The translations under genes and the position numbers were made by a program. A stretch of 63,000 bases of DNA, the filler included, from Kipferlia bialata (Eukaryota), in the NCBI GenBank assembly GCA_003568945.1. It is 7 parts of 7 records of this genome, joined end to end, with 100 filler letters (N's around TTAATTAATTAA, not from the genome) between each part and the next. Parts side by side here need not be neighbours in the genome. Positions count along the whole stretch, not along the records: positions 1 to 11,777 come from BDIP01001185.1; positions 11,878 to 17,017 come from BDIP01001186.1; 5 more parts are not named here. One strand, written 5' to 3'. This document shows positions 1 through 11,982 of this stretch, one piece after another. How positions within the stretch are numbered: position 1 is the stretch's first letter; every line of letters begins with the position of its first letter. The notes beneath the pieces are model-generated. The model saw only the letters and a list, made by a program, of their open reading frames with translations. It ran no database searches and was not told the DNA's origin.

Positions 1-49
<49 letters not shown>

Positions 50-98
50 GTATATCAATATATATATATATATATGACTATACCTAACCCTAGATAGG

Positions 99-879
99 TG
101 CTGCCACTGTGGGCGAGGCTTCCATAGAGGTTGCACAGGCCACCAATGCCAGTCTTAGCTCATTGGATATCACAGGTAGTGTATGCAGTGTATATATATA
201 GTATATGTAGGGTATATAGGCCACCAATGCCAGTCTTAGTACACTCGACATATCAGGTGTGTGTATCTCTTTCTAAGTATATATTCACTCATCTCTGTAT
301 TCATTATTGTCTCAGACACAAACCCAGACACCGTTCCGATTCTGCATGAATTTGTACATTATGATTATATACATAGATATCTTACTTCAGGCATAGTTAC
401 AGACCCTGACGCTTCCCCCACCTCCTACCTTGTGACTCTGTCTCCCAAGGACTCGTGTGACGGTACCATTGCAGGACTAACCCTTTCTGCATCTATACAC
501 GATTCAGGTAATAGATACATACATTATGTATGTATATATATAGGCGAATAACTATATACGTGTACGTGTCTCCCAAGGACTCGTGTGATGGTACTATATA
601 TAGCAGGGCTGGCACTGAATGCATATATATACGACACAGGTACTCTTCGATATATATTTTAGTATGTATATATATGTATATATATCGTGTGATGGCACCA
701 TAGCAGGACTAACTGTCTCTGCGTCAGTCTATGATGTAGGTAATGGAGATGCTGGTTTTTTTCAAATGTAACAGTTATCTCTCTCCCTCTGTGACTATAT
801 ATATACATACACATATACACATATAGCTAGCCTTTAGAGGGTGCCCTCGTGGCTGACCTCCCCCTCTCAGAGGACTAGC

Positions 880-911
<32 letters not shown>

Positions 912-1141
912 TCTTCTTATGTATATGTCTACCTAACACACCAGACGGTACCCTTGTGGCCGACCTCCCCTTGTCAGAGGACCAGGGTGCATACACCGCA
1001 GAGACAGATACACTGGCATCAGGTATACACATATGTATATAGTAATATATACATAGATATAGATATACATATATAGATAGAGGTGCATACACCGCAGAGA
1101 CAGATATTCTGTCAGCAGGTATATATATATATGAGTCTAAA

Positions 1142-1198
<57 letters not shown>

Positions 1199-1531
1199 AT
1201 TCTTATATATGTATATATATACGGGCCAGGAGGTATACTCAGCAGAGACGGTTAAGGTTACACTGGCGGCAGGTATTGTTATACTCGGATGGAAGTATCC
1301 GTGTGAGAGTATAGTATGGCATATATAAGATAAGACGTATTGTATTTTCCTTTGTCACTATTTCTTACCCCAGGTGACTACACCGTCCGTGCTGTCTCAG
1401 AGGATGTCTCCTTCCTGGGCTATATTGCAGTGCCAGTCGATTCTTTTGAGGTATAGGAGTTACTATTTGGTACTACCCCCCCCTCTCTGTCTGGTGATCT
1501 CTCTGTCCTGTTTGTAGAATTTGCTATTTTT

Positions 1532-1564
<33 letters not shown>

Positions 1565-2278
1565 GCCCCCTCATATCAGGTTCCAGTTTTCGTCTGGATT
1601 ACCACTGTGTCTCTGTTGTTTGTGACCTCTGCCGTGTTCATTACACTGTACATCGTGCTGTATAGGAGGGGGAGGACACCTAAACCAAAGAGAGTGAAAA
1701 CACCTGAAGTTGAAGCTGAAGAGGTACTTATATATATAAATACCAATATATATACATATACTGTACTATACTATATATTATTGGAAGTGCAGAGTACCCA
1801 GGCCAAAGAGAGTGAAAACACCTGAGTCAGAACACGAAGAGGTATAGATACATGTAGACACATAGTAATTGCTACACTGTGGTACACGTATACTTCTCAC
1901 ACGCACACTAATACAGGACTGCTGCTACCTCCCCCACTACAAGGGTCAACAACATACATGCATTTACACTATTATACATACTGACACATCCCCCCCCCCC
2001 CTGATTCCCACCCCAGACTGCTGCAAGCGATCTACCTCGCTACACTGTCAACAACATGACACGGGATGACACATCAGTGTATGGTGACACACCTTGTAGT
2101 GCTGTGCCTATATGGGTACATACTGTGCAAGAAGGGGATAAACAGGTATAATAACAATATATATGTGCACATAGAATATACATGTACATGTATATCTAAA
2201 TAGAATCAGATATACCTATCTCACTTATCTAGGCCCTGCTCCAGTCTGTCACCATCAACAGCAAGAAGGATATATTAC

Positions 2279-2317
<39 letters not shown>

Positions 2318-4640
2318 TATATATCTAACCTCTAGGCCCTGCTCCAGTCTGTCACCATCAACAGCAAGAAGGAGAGAGACGCATTCCTACAGCACGTGGC
2401 AAGGTACCTATATCATTAGTATATGTATGTATGTGTTATATATGTGTGTGTTATATATATATGTTATCGTTAGTGTATATCTATATATATATACTTAGTT
2501 ACATGTGCAATGTATGTAAAGAGAGGGACGCATTCCTGCAACATGTGGCAAGGTGTATCTTATATATGAATATGTATATATATATATATATATATACTTA
2601 GTTATATGTGCAATGTATGTAAAGAGAGGGACTCATTCCTGCAGCATGTCGCAAGGTATGTCTTATATATGAATATGTATATATATATATATACTTAGTT
2701 ATATGTGCAATGCATGTAAGGAGAGGGACGCATTCCTACAGCATGTCGCGAGATAATACAGATATGTATATATATGATATGTATATGACACTTCACTGAG
2801 TGTGTATACTAGGAGAGGGACGCATTCCTGCAGCATGTGGCAAGGTACATTTATCATTTGTATATATATGTATGTGTTATATATATGTGTTATATATGGT
2901 GTATATATACATCAACAGCAAGAACGAGAGGGACGCATTCCTGCAGCATGTCGCAAGGTATACCTTTGTATATATATATATATATATATATATGCTTCAT
3001 TCTGTGTCATTCACATTATAGTGTATCACTCTTTATTCTATATATTATTGATAGGGGAGAGGGACGCATTCCTGCAACACAGATGACAAGGGTATAATAA
3101 TGTGTATAGATCAACCCGAATACTCCCAATGTGCTCAGTTATCCAGGATACTGTATTCTATGTTCAATATTTCAGCATAGATCTTTCTTACCCCAGACTG
3201 CAGAGACTGCCCTCGTGCTTCCTGCCAGTGTGCGGTGTGGCAGAGGTACATGTATACACATATTTAGTATATATATGTACTGTATATAGTAATACTTAAG
3301 TGTATGTATGCACCCCATACTATTCCTGCCTGTCTGTGGAGTGGCAGAGTTATAGTACTATACTCTGTGATTAGTGTGTTCTCTACAGTACTATTTACTG
3401 TTCTCTCACTTTGTGTCACTTTGCTTGTCTCTTCTCTCTCTCTATCTCAGTTCCTCATATAATACTCAATGCCTCACCCCAGCCTGGTTTTCTCGATGCC
3501 CCTTCCCTGCTGGAGTCTCTCTCTCTCCTTATCCCTCTATGTCTTACTTTCTATCGTTGTCTAATCCCCAGCCTGGCTTCCTTGATGCCCCATCTCTGCA
3601 GGAGTCATTGACGTCAATAGGGGTGGACCTATCCCCAGTACGTATATATATATATTTTTATATATATATATATACTTATGTAGATAGATACCTGTGTATA
3701 TATACATATATGTAGATAGATACATTGATAGAAGTGCAGGAGTCACTGACATCAATAGGGGTGGACCTATCCCCGGTACGTTCCCAGTTCCCTCTCCCTC
3801 CTTCTCTCTCTCTCTCTCTCTCAATCTATCAACATATCTTGGCACATATATACGTAGTAGAATGATGCTATGTGCTCTAACCCCAACTACTACCCCCACA
3901 GGTTGAGATAACCATTGATTCTCTGTGAACCAAATGAATATGCTAACCCCTAGTACTATCCCCCCACCCCTCTAGTGGCACCACAGGTGGAGAGGAGGAC
4001 ACTGAAACCACCCTCCTCCTCCACTGCTGTCTCTAACACCCCTACTGCTGTTGATGCCCATGTCACAGAGCAGGCAGTCGAGGCACCCCCAATGCCACCA
4101 CCCGGGACAGGTACCCCCCCCCCCTCCCCCCTCAGTCTCTCTCCTATTTTTTCTCTCTCTCGATATATATGTATATATATACTAATGTAGTATGCAAGGT
4201 AGTATAGTATTAATATATAGTATCAGGGAGCAGACATGGCGACTCTCTCACTCTTTCTCTCTCTCTTTCTCATATACAGGAACATCCTCAGATCGCTCCT
4301 CGTTTATTGCCTCTGTCGTGGATACCTTTGACTGTCTGCCACCCCCCCTGACATACACGGTGGCAGGGGTGGTGTTTGAGTCACTGCCTAATAAGGGCTC
4401 AGGTATGTATAATTGGAATCTTAGGAGTATATATATATATTCTATATAATTTATATTGTTTTATATATGTGTGTATTGTTACTTAACATAGGTATTGAAG
4501 ATGTCCATCTGCCTCTGAGTGCAGATATGTAAATATACATATATATCAGTATCATATTCTGACGCAGGAGAGTACCTCCCCCTCAGTGCCTTCCATCAGT
4601 GTCAGTGTGATAGTTGCCTAGCTCTATTATTATTAGTGTA

Positions 4641-4672
<32 letters not shown>

Positions 4673-5148
4673 CTAACCAAAGGAGAGTACCTCCCCTTGA
4701 GTGCCTTCTTGAGGACCAGACAGGCATATGGGGACACGAGGCTGCATCTGTGTTACCAGGTATAGTATAGTATATTGTATTCTTTGTATATATTGTATAT
4801 ATAGTATTGTATATACATGTTGTATATCACCATGTCAAGCGTATATATAGTGTATGTATAAGCATATATTTCGTAAGGACACGAGGGCACACCTATGTTA
4901 CCAGGTATAGTACACTATAGTATACTCTGCCTGATTCCAGATCCTAGATGCCGTCCTGTCTGCCCACTCACACGTCTATATATAGTATATATGATATATA
5001 TACTATATATCCCACGTCTATATATAGTATACACACCCTGTCTAATACATATACTACTCTCTGTCTCCATTAATATTTCAGATCCTAGATGCCGTCCTGT
5101 CTGCCCACCCCACTTTACTAATTTTATTAATTGAATTATTGTTATGTC

Positions 5149-5179
<31 letters not shown>

Positions 5180-5768
5180 CTCTACCTTATACCAGATCCT
5201 AGATGCCGTCCTGTCTGCCCACTCCCTTGGACTATTACATAATAATTCATACTATTTTTGGACATATTCTATAAATCATCCATATATACACCCTGTCTAA
5301 TGTGTATATAATAATGTGTTTCTCTCTCTTTCTGATACCAGATCGTAGATGCCGTCCTGTCTGCCCACTCCCTTGGCCTCCATGTCCCAGTGTCGGCATC
5401 AGATGTCATGGTGGATACACAGGCATGGGTACTATAGTATTGTATACATATAGGATACTCTATGTAGATATATAGATATATAGATATATACACTCCCTTG
5501 GCCTCCATGTCCCAGTGGCAGTGTCAGATAGCATGGTAGATACAGAGGTATATGTACATTTATATATAATATTTTCAAATTTGTTTTATAATTCACTATG
5601 TGTCCTATTTTTTAGTATTTGACTATCATTGTGCGTCTCACCCCAGACCCACTCCGTATCCATCTCATCCCACATGGGGGTCCAGACACACTTTGGCAAG
5701 AAGGTAATGTTTTGGTTCGTATACGTATGTGTTAATGTATATGACGAATAGTTTCGTAACCTCGCGAC

Positions 5769-5815
<47 letters not shown>

Positions 5816-8800
5816 CTGTCTCTCTTACAATCAGTATNNNNNNNNNNNNTCTCTCTCTCTTTCTCGCTCTCTGTCTCTCTTACAATCAGTATCGTTCATC
5901 AGAGGCTGACACCCTTGCACTCATGCTGAAATAGTTCTGCCTCTCTCTCTCTCTCTATATATATATGTAATTTTCTAACACAAGCACCATCGTACTGACT
6001 CTGACTCCCTTGCACTCATGCTGGACACTCTGGCATCCACTCTGGAGACAGTGTCAGGAGTGGAACTAGCTCAGGTATTATATTGATAGTAAATATACTG
6101 TATATAGTATTATTATAGTGTGTATATAGCCTTGCCTCCATGCTGAGTACTCTGGCATCCACACTGGAGACTGTGTCAGGAGTAGAGTTGGCACAGGTAT
6201 TGCATCACTTCATATACAGTATATGTACGACATATGTGGTACAACATGTGTAGTATATGTACAATACTATTTTTATCTATCATCTTAGTACATGTTTGAC
6301 GTCTACACTGGAGACAGTGTCAGGGGGTAGTACTTAGTCAGAACTTAGTATATAGCAGTGTATTGCATGATTGTACAAGTGTCATCCACCCTATACAGTA
6401 TCGAGATTCAATATGTGTATTTTCTCTCATCCCTAGGTTGGCAAGTCCCTGCGTGAGTATGTCTATCTATCTATCTATCTATATATATATATATTATATA
6501 CTATATACTAATCTCTAGGTCACTAAGTCCCTGCGTGAGTATGTCGCCAAGGGCCAGGAGGTGCTGGAGGCAGATCCAGAGGTATGGCTGTATATAGTGT
6601 ATATATATATATATATATTATACTATACTTTAGAGTATACAATAGATACGGTAATAGCCAGGAGGTGCTGGAGGCAGATCCAAGGGTATTGTGTGTATGG
6701 AAATTTATAGATATATATATATATAGGTGTATTATTATACTTATACAGTTCATATGTATATATGATAGAAGTGTCCATGGGCCAGGAGGTGCTGGAGGCA
6801 GATCCAGAGGTATATATCAGTATACTATGTATAGAAATCTATACCTATATATATATGTGTGTGTATAGTCTTCACTTGAATGTTGTTCTATTCCTTCCCT
6901 CACCCCCAGGCTGCCGTGTCCACATTGCTCCAGGAGAGCCTCAAGGAGGTGAGAATGCATCTTGTTATATATCATTCCATAATTTTAGTATTATATAACT
7001 CATGTTCAATTCTGTATATATGCATGTATACTGAATACCTCTCTCATCCCTCTAGGTCAGAGGCCTCTGCTCCTCCCCATGAGTAGTATGACTCTATTAA
7101 TTAATATATATGAAAGAAACAAAATATATATGTATATATATGTGTGTGTGTGCTGCATACCTCTCACCCTTAGGTCAGAGACCTCTGCTCCCTCCTCCCC
7201 ATGAGTGCACACTTGGTGTCTGGCAATAAGGGTGTAGAGGGAGAGAGTCATGTAGGAGAGGAAGAGGAAGAGGGCTCTACCCTAGTCCCCCTTGGCAGAC
7301 TGATGGATGTATCCCCTAAAGACAAGTGGGGCAGAGTGGTCCAGATGCTACTTGGAGGGGGGGCACTGGATGCAATGCAGGTATAGTATAGTGTATATTG
7401 TATATATACTATATATATATGTATAGGATAGTATAAGAGTATATAGAGTGGTCCAGATGCTGCTGGGAGGGGGGGCACTCGACACTATGCAGGTATATAT
7501 ATATATGAGACAACTTTTCACAATGTTGTCACATATTGCGAGTATTGTATGGATTGTGTCGATTGTATGTCCCTCTTATGTACCAGGGTGTCCGTAAGCA
7601 TGTCACCTCGTGCACACTGCTCTCTGTCCCGCCTAGACACAGACATGTCTACACTGGAGTGCTGGGAAGCAAGGTGTATATGATGATACATATTAGTATA
7701 TGTATATATATACTGCTCTCTGTGCCATCGAGGCACAGACATGTCTATACAGGGGCATTGGGGACTAAGGTACAGTACTCAATGGGTAAAACACACATAT
7801 GCAGATATGAGCAGACTATATGTATATATTTATCCCAGCTAGACCCACCAGTACGTATGGGTACAGCGCATGAATGTGCTGCCCTTATATCTCTGTATAC
7901 AATGGTTTGACCAATGCCGTATCCTTCACAAACAGCATATATCGTGTTTCGCTTCTCTCTGGTATACACACATTGGATTATTATGCAATTTGTTATGCAA
8001 ATGTTTTCTCTTTTCTCCAGGCTCTTACCATTCTTAGAAATGAAGTATAATACTCTGTGTAGTACTGTTCTCACTTCCAGGCTGTCTCCTTCACCGACAG
8101 CATCCCAGACATTACCAGAGACGTCATCAGGTACGGTCTCTCTCTCTCTCTCTCTATATGTATTTATATCGTGTAGTTAGTATACTGTATATATATTCTC
8201 ACCCCAGGGTCCTTGGCTCTGCCCACCCTCTGTTGAACAGCAGAGACCCTCTCTCCCTCTCCCTCTCTACACCCCTTGAGGGAGAGGGAGAGAGAGAGGG
8301 TAGAGACACTGTCACTCCAGACAGGATCCTGGCATACATAGGTACGGAAAGTGATATCATTGGGAATCGAACCCAGGTCTCTCCCACTCACAACCAGGCA
8401 CCTGTAGTGCACTTGGTAGTACCCAGCTGTCTGAGTACTCTGTGCCCAGGAGCAATGGGCCATGTGGGGAGGTATACTATACATAGAAGACAGTACTGTA
8501 TAATCTGTAGTCGACATTGTAGTACTAATTGTAATGTGTACCATAGTATATTGATTCCCACCTCCAGGTAGTGTACCTCACGACATCCTTCAAGGCAGCA
8601 TATTAATATAGAATATATATATTGTGGTATTAATTGTATTGTGTACTATTACTGGTTCTCACCTTCAGGCAGTGTATCTCACGACATCCTTCAAGGCTGC
8701 CTACCGCAGTGCCAAGGCCAGGTTGGTATATACATATAACTATGTATACGTATGCAAAATGCATTTTTATTGCACTTCCAAAGCTTATGTCAATTCGTAG

Positions 8801-9890
8801 GTATTTGACTAATATACTAATCTAACTTCTCTATAGATCAATGATATATAGTAGTATCTTACTCTAGGGCCAAGAGCACCTCCCCGAAGGATGAGGCAGA
8901 TGCAGACACACCTGCTAAGGCAAAGGGTGCCAAGATGTCCAAGACTGAGTGCTGTCCTGTGGTGCTGTGCTGTGAGTTGGTGCTGGGTCTTGTAGGTATG
9001 TATATATGTATATATATATATATATGTAATCATATATGTCCGTGTTTGAGTGTGTGTGTCCAGTGGTGCTGTGCTGTGAGTTGGTACTAGGGCTAGTAGG
9101 TATGTATATATGTGTTTACATACGAATATACTATGCATACTTCTGCTACTCTGACCCCAGGCTCTCTGTCTCTCTCTCTCTATATCTACGTATCTACATA
9201 CATATTTGCACTTGCATATAACCCCCAGGTTCTCTGTCTGATGCCGGCCGGGGTACTCTCTCTCTCTCTCTCTCTCTCTTTCTATATATACATACATATA
9301 TATATTCATGTAACCCCCAGGCTCTCTGTCTGATGCCGGCAGGGGTGTGGAGACAGACACACAGTATGCCCTGATCGCTAGGTACAGGAGTATGTTACTC
9401 TCTGTAGTGTATGTATGTAGGGGGTGGGAGAGAGCGAGTATCTCCCTTTATATACATATATGCATTCATATCTAACCCGCCAGCGGTGTCCCAGCTGACG
9501 ACACAGCCAGAGGGGTGATATCCTTCTCTCTTATCTATATATGTCTTTGTACTCAGCTATATAGATATTTATGTCTAACCCTCAGCGGTGTCCCAGCTGA
9601 TGACACAGCCAGAGGGGTGCTGCTCAACGAGCTGCAGGTACTCTCTCTCTCTCTCTCTCTTCGCCTCTCTCTCTACTCCATAGACCCTTACTAGCAGTAG
9701 AAGGTTGCTTCTGCGTCATCGAATAGTCTCTCTCTCTCTCCCCCCCCCCTCTAGACCCTTATAATCAGGAGAAGGGTGTGATGAAGAGTGGCTTCGATGT
9801 CATCCTACACTATCATTCTCTCTCTCTCTCTCTAGCCCCTTATCATCAGGAGAAGGGTGTCATGAAGAGTGGTTTCGATGTCATCGTGTA

Positions 9891-9922
<32 letters not shown>

Positions 9923-10025
9923 AGACCCTTATAATCAGGAGAAGGGTGTCATGAAGAGTGGTTTCGATGTCATTGTGAGTCAGACCGACAATGTACTCCC
10001 ATTCCTAGCCCTGAGTCTGCGGTAG
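99..10025 (+). CDS. Multi-exon, 5'-partial single-pass membrane protein: beta-rich ectodomain, TM helix, long cytoplasmic region ending in a degenerate PARP/ADP-ribosyltransferase-like domain
   Basis: Hand-spliced GT-AG exons with compatible phases where checked: 390-507 GIVTDPDASPTSYLVTLSPKDSCDGTIAGLTLSASIHDS; 1580-1723 VPVFVWITTVSLLFVTSAVFITLYIVLYRRGRTPK (TM plus basic stop-transfer); 2336-2403; 3572-3637; 8208-8995 DRILAYIGTC..NGPCGEAVYLTTSFKAAYRSA..PVVLCCELVLG; last exon 9939-10025 EKGVMKSGFDVIVSQTDNVLPFLALSLR*. Continuity through 4500-6000 (includes a 12-N gap) not fully verified, so this could be two genes. Confidence 0.6.
2232..3092 (+). repeat. Exon-echo array: exon 2336-2403 plus six downstream copies of its 3' end (ERDAFLQHVAR, mostly followed by GT) and one upstream copy of its 5' end
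   Basis: GAGAGGGACGCATTCCTRCARCAYGTSGCAAG|GT recurs at about 2521, 2624, 2721, 2813, 2927 and 3058, separated by AT-microsatellite spacers. The acceptor-side copy is at 2232-2270. Confidence 0.92.
4935..5550 (+). repeat. Exon-echo array (acceptor side x4, donor side x1)
   Basis: CAG|ATCSTAGATGCCGTCCTGTCTGCCC at about 4940, 5081, 5195 and 5341. A copy of the exon 3' part followed by GT lies at about 5492-5548. Confidence 0.88.
9150..9985 (+). repeat. Consecutive acceptor-side echo arrays at the last three exons of the first gene
   Basis: CCCCAG|GYTCTCTGTCT x3 (9160, 9228, 9320); CAG|CGGTGTCCCAGCTGAYGACACAGCCAGAGGG x2 (9484, 9587); CCCTTATMATCAG|GAGAAGGGTGTSATGAAGAGTGGYTTCGATGTCAT x3 (9769, about 9850, 9939) plus a decayed copy near 9684. 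Confidence 0.9.
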
Positions 10026-11005
10026 TCGTAACAGACAGAACCCTCAAACAAACTGATGTTGAGGGTCTAGAGAGAGAGAGAGAGGCAACCCCGAAGTGTC
10101 CCTGTGTATTATTAGTGAACAGCGTATATATCTACACGCTTCAATAGAAGCTCTTTGCAGTGTGGGTGTGGGTGAATACTCTGTTGGGATCATTTCCTTT
10201 TGAATAGGCTGATATACTACTAGGGACACTCTTTATCTTTCGGCGGTCTTCTTGGGAAGAACGGAGGAGCGGCGGAGCCAGTCCGATAAAGAACCTATCA
10301 TAGGTATAGGGAATAACAGAGCGGTGTATACGTGTAAGACCTCTTGGTTTCTGTATCTAGAGGCTTGGCAAGAGCAAGCAAGGCGCCCTCGGGGAGCCTC
10401 TCCACACAAAGTCGGAAAATCGGATATTTTGCCCAGACACATAGACTATGGCCATAGTCCCACATATATGTGCCCTAGTCTCTCACTATTACTCCGAGTA
10501 TGCACTAAGACATGCGAGGGAACCTACTATTGGGTATGTGGAACTCGGTACATGCTAGACTTCCTTGCTAGTTAAGGGTGTATCTAGTATAAGAGAGAGC
10601 CAGAGACAGAAGCTCGTATAACTGCTTCTCCAGCATACAGTGAGTAGCAACCCATTCCAACACACACTATATCTACTAAGCTTTGTATGCCTCTATTTAG
10701 TATTCCGAATTGGGTCAATAAAGATGGCACTACATGGTCGGAAAGAGACACCCACTCAGACTGACCACACTGCAGACAAAGTGTCGCACACAGTACTCGG
10801 TTACAAAGCGTGCGAGCAGCGTCCCATCTCACACACCTTTTATACAGCACACCCTGTGACAAACAGCTACTCTACAGTCTTATTGAGCTCACTGTATAGT
10901 GTTGTATTCCCAGATAAATGAACACACAACTCATGGCAGCAAAAACGAAAAAGGGGCTAGGGTCTTGAGCTGTAGCTTCATCCTCTCAAGTAGAAAAGAG
11001 CACAA

Positions 11006-11248
11006 ATGGCTACCACTGTGACTGTTACTGACGCCCTCATCACCGAGTGGTTCAACATCTATGCTGAGAAGCCCTCCTACCCCAATCAGGACCACATTCC
11101 CATGATTGCCGCCGACCAGGTTGCTTTCTTTGAGGCCAAGTTCGCCGAGGGCAACGATCTCGAGCGCTACATGGGCGCCCTGCACTACCTGTCCCACAAG
11201 ATCAGGAACGACCCCGTCATCTGCAACCTGACCCTCCCAATCATCGAG
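11006..11248 (+). CDS. First exon of an unidentified, probably highly expressed protein (3'-partial, contig ends)
   Basis: The ATG follows an A-rich leader (AGAAAAGAGCACAAATGG). 81 codons with strong C/G third-position bias (MATTVTVTDALITEWFNIYAEKPSYPNQDHIPM...LPIIE) end at the donor GAG|GTATGG. Confidence 0.75.
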
Positions 11249-11726
11249 GTATGGCTCTTTATTGTTACTCTACTGTAAGTACTCGTTTTGTGTAGCTGGT
11301 GTGTTTCTGTTGTGTGGCTGCTGTGTGGCTGTGTATCTGTCATACGTACTTGTAAAGCGTACCCAGGAGTGTTTGTAGGGAGAGTGTGTGTCGCTGTTGT
11401 GGGCTAGGGAGGGGTATTTGTCTGTGTCTTGGCTATCGGTGTCACTGTTGAGTTGTTTATATCTCTCTCTATATACATACACATTGTTGTGATATAGTAT
11501 AGTATCTATATATCGGTGTCACTGTTGAGTTGTACAAGGTAAGCATACATATATATGTATATATATGTACATGTATATATATATACATGACTGTCTCTCC
11601 CTCTGTTCCTGCACTTCTATATTCTCTTTATTTCTAAGCCAGAACTTGTATGCTATGCAACATGGACATCTGTATACTGTCCTTTTCTCTCTCTGTGTGT
11701 GTATCTATAATTATGGCACCTCCCTC

Positions 11727-11777
<51 letters not shown>

Positions 11778-11877
11778 NNNNNNNNNNNNNNNNNNNNNNN
11801 NNNNNNNNNNNNNNNNNNNNNTTAATTAATTAANNNNNNNNNNNNNNNNNNNNNNNNNNNNNNNNNNNNNNNNNNNN
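11778..11877. other. Artificial contig-join spacer
   Basis: 44 N + TTAATTAATTAA (stops in all six frames) + 44 N. Confidence 0.98.
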
Positions 11878-11982
11878 GCTCCCCTGACACTGTTGCCCCA
11901 TATACTATCTCCCCCCCCCCCCATCTCTCAATATACACCTCAACAGTATACAATATACATCTCTCGCTATATAATACCGTAC

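Noticed and set aside
2336..3092. CRISPR-like array (about 33-nt repeats with spacers)
   Set aside because: The repeats are copies of a coding exon end followed by GT. Spacers are related AT microsatellites of variable length, there are no cas genes, and the context is eukaryotic.
5838..5849. Duplication of CTCTGTCTCTCTTACAATCAGTAT on both sides of a 12-N gap
   Set aside because: Identical sequence flanking a scaffold gap is most simply an unmerged contig overlap; not counted as an echo.
7713..7769. Echoes as ordinary mutually exclusive alternative exons
   Set aside because: This copy, like most, covers only part of the exon and has no branch point/AG in front of it, so canonical mutually exclusive splicing cannot use it.
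11728..11777. Long poly-C/poly-G runs as telomeres or functional elements
   Set aside because: They coincide with intron pyrimidine tracts and assembly breaks; homopolymer lengths are unreliable and no telomeric unit is present.
11822..11833. Recurrent TTAATTAATTAA motif (also 17062, 23296, 35156, 47002, 58847)
   Set aside because: Always centred in an identical 100-nt N block; it is a synthetic six-frame-stop linker.
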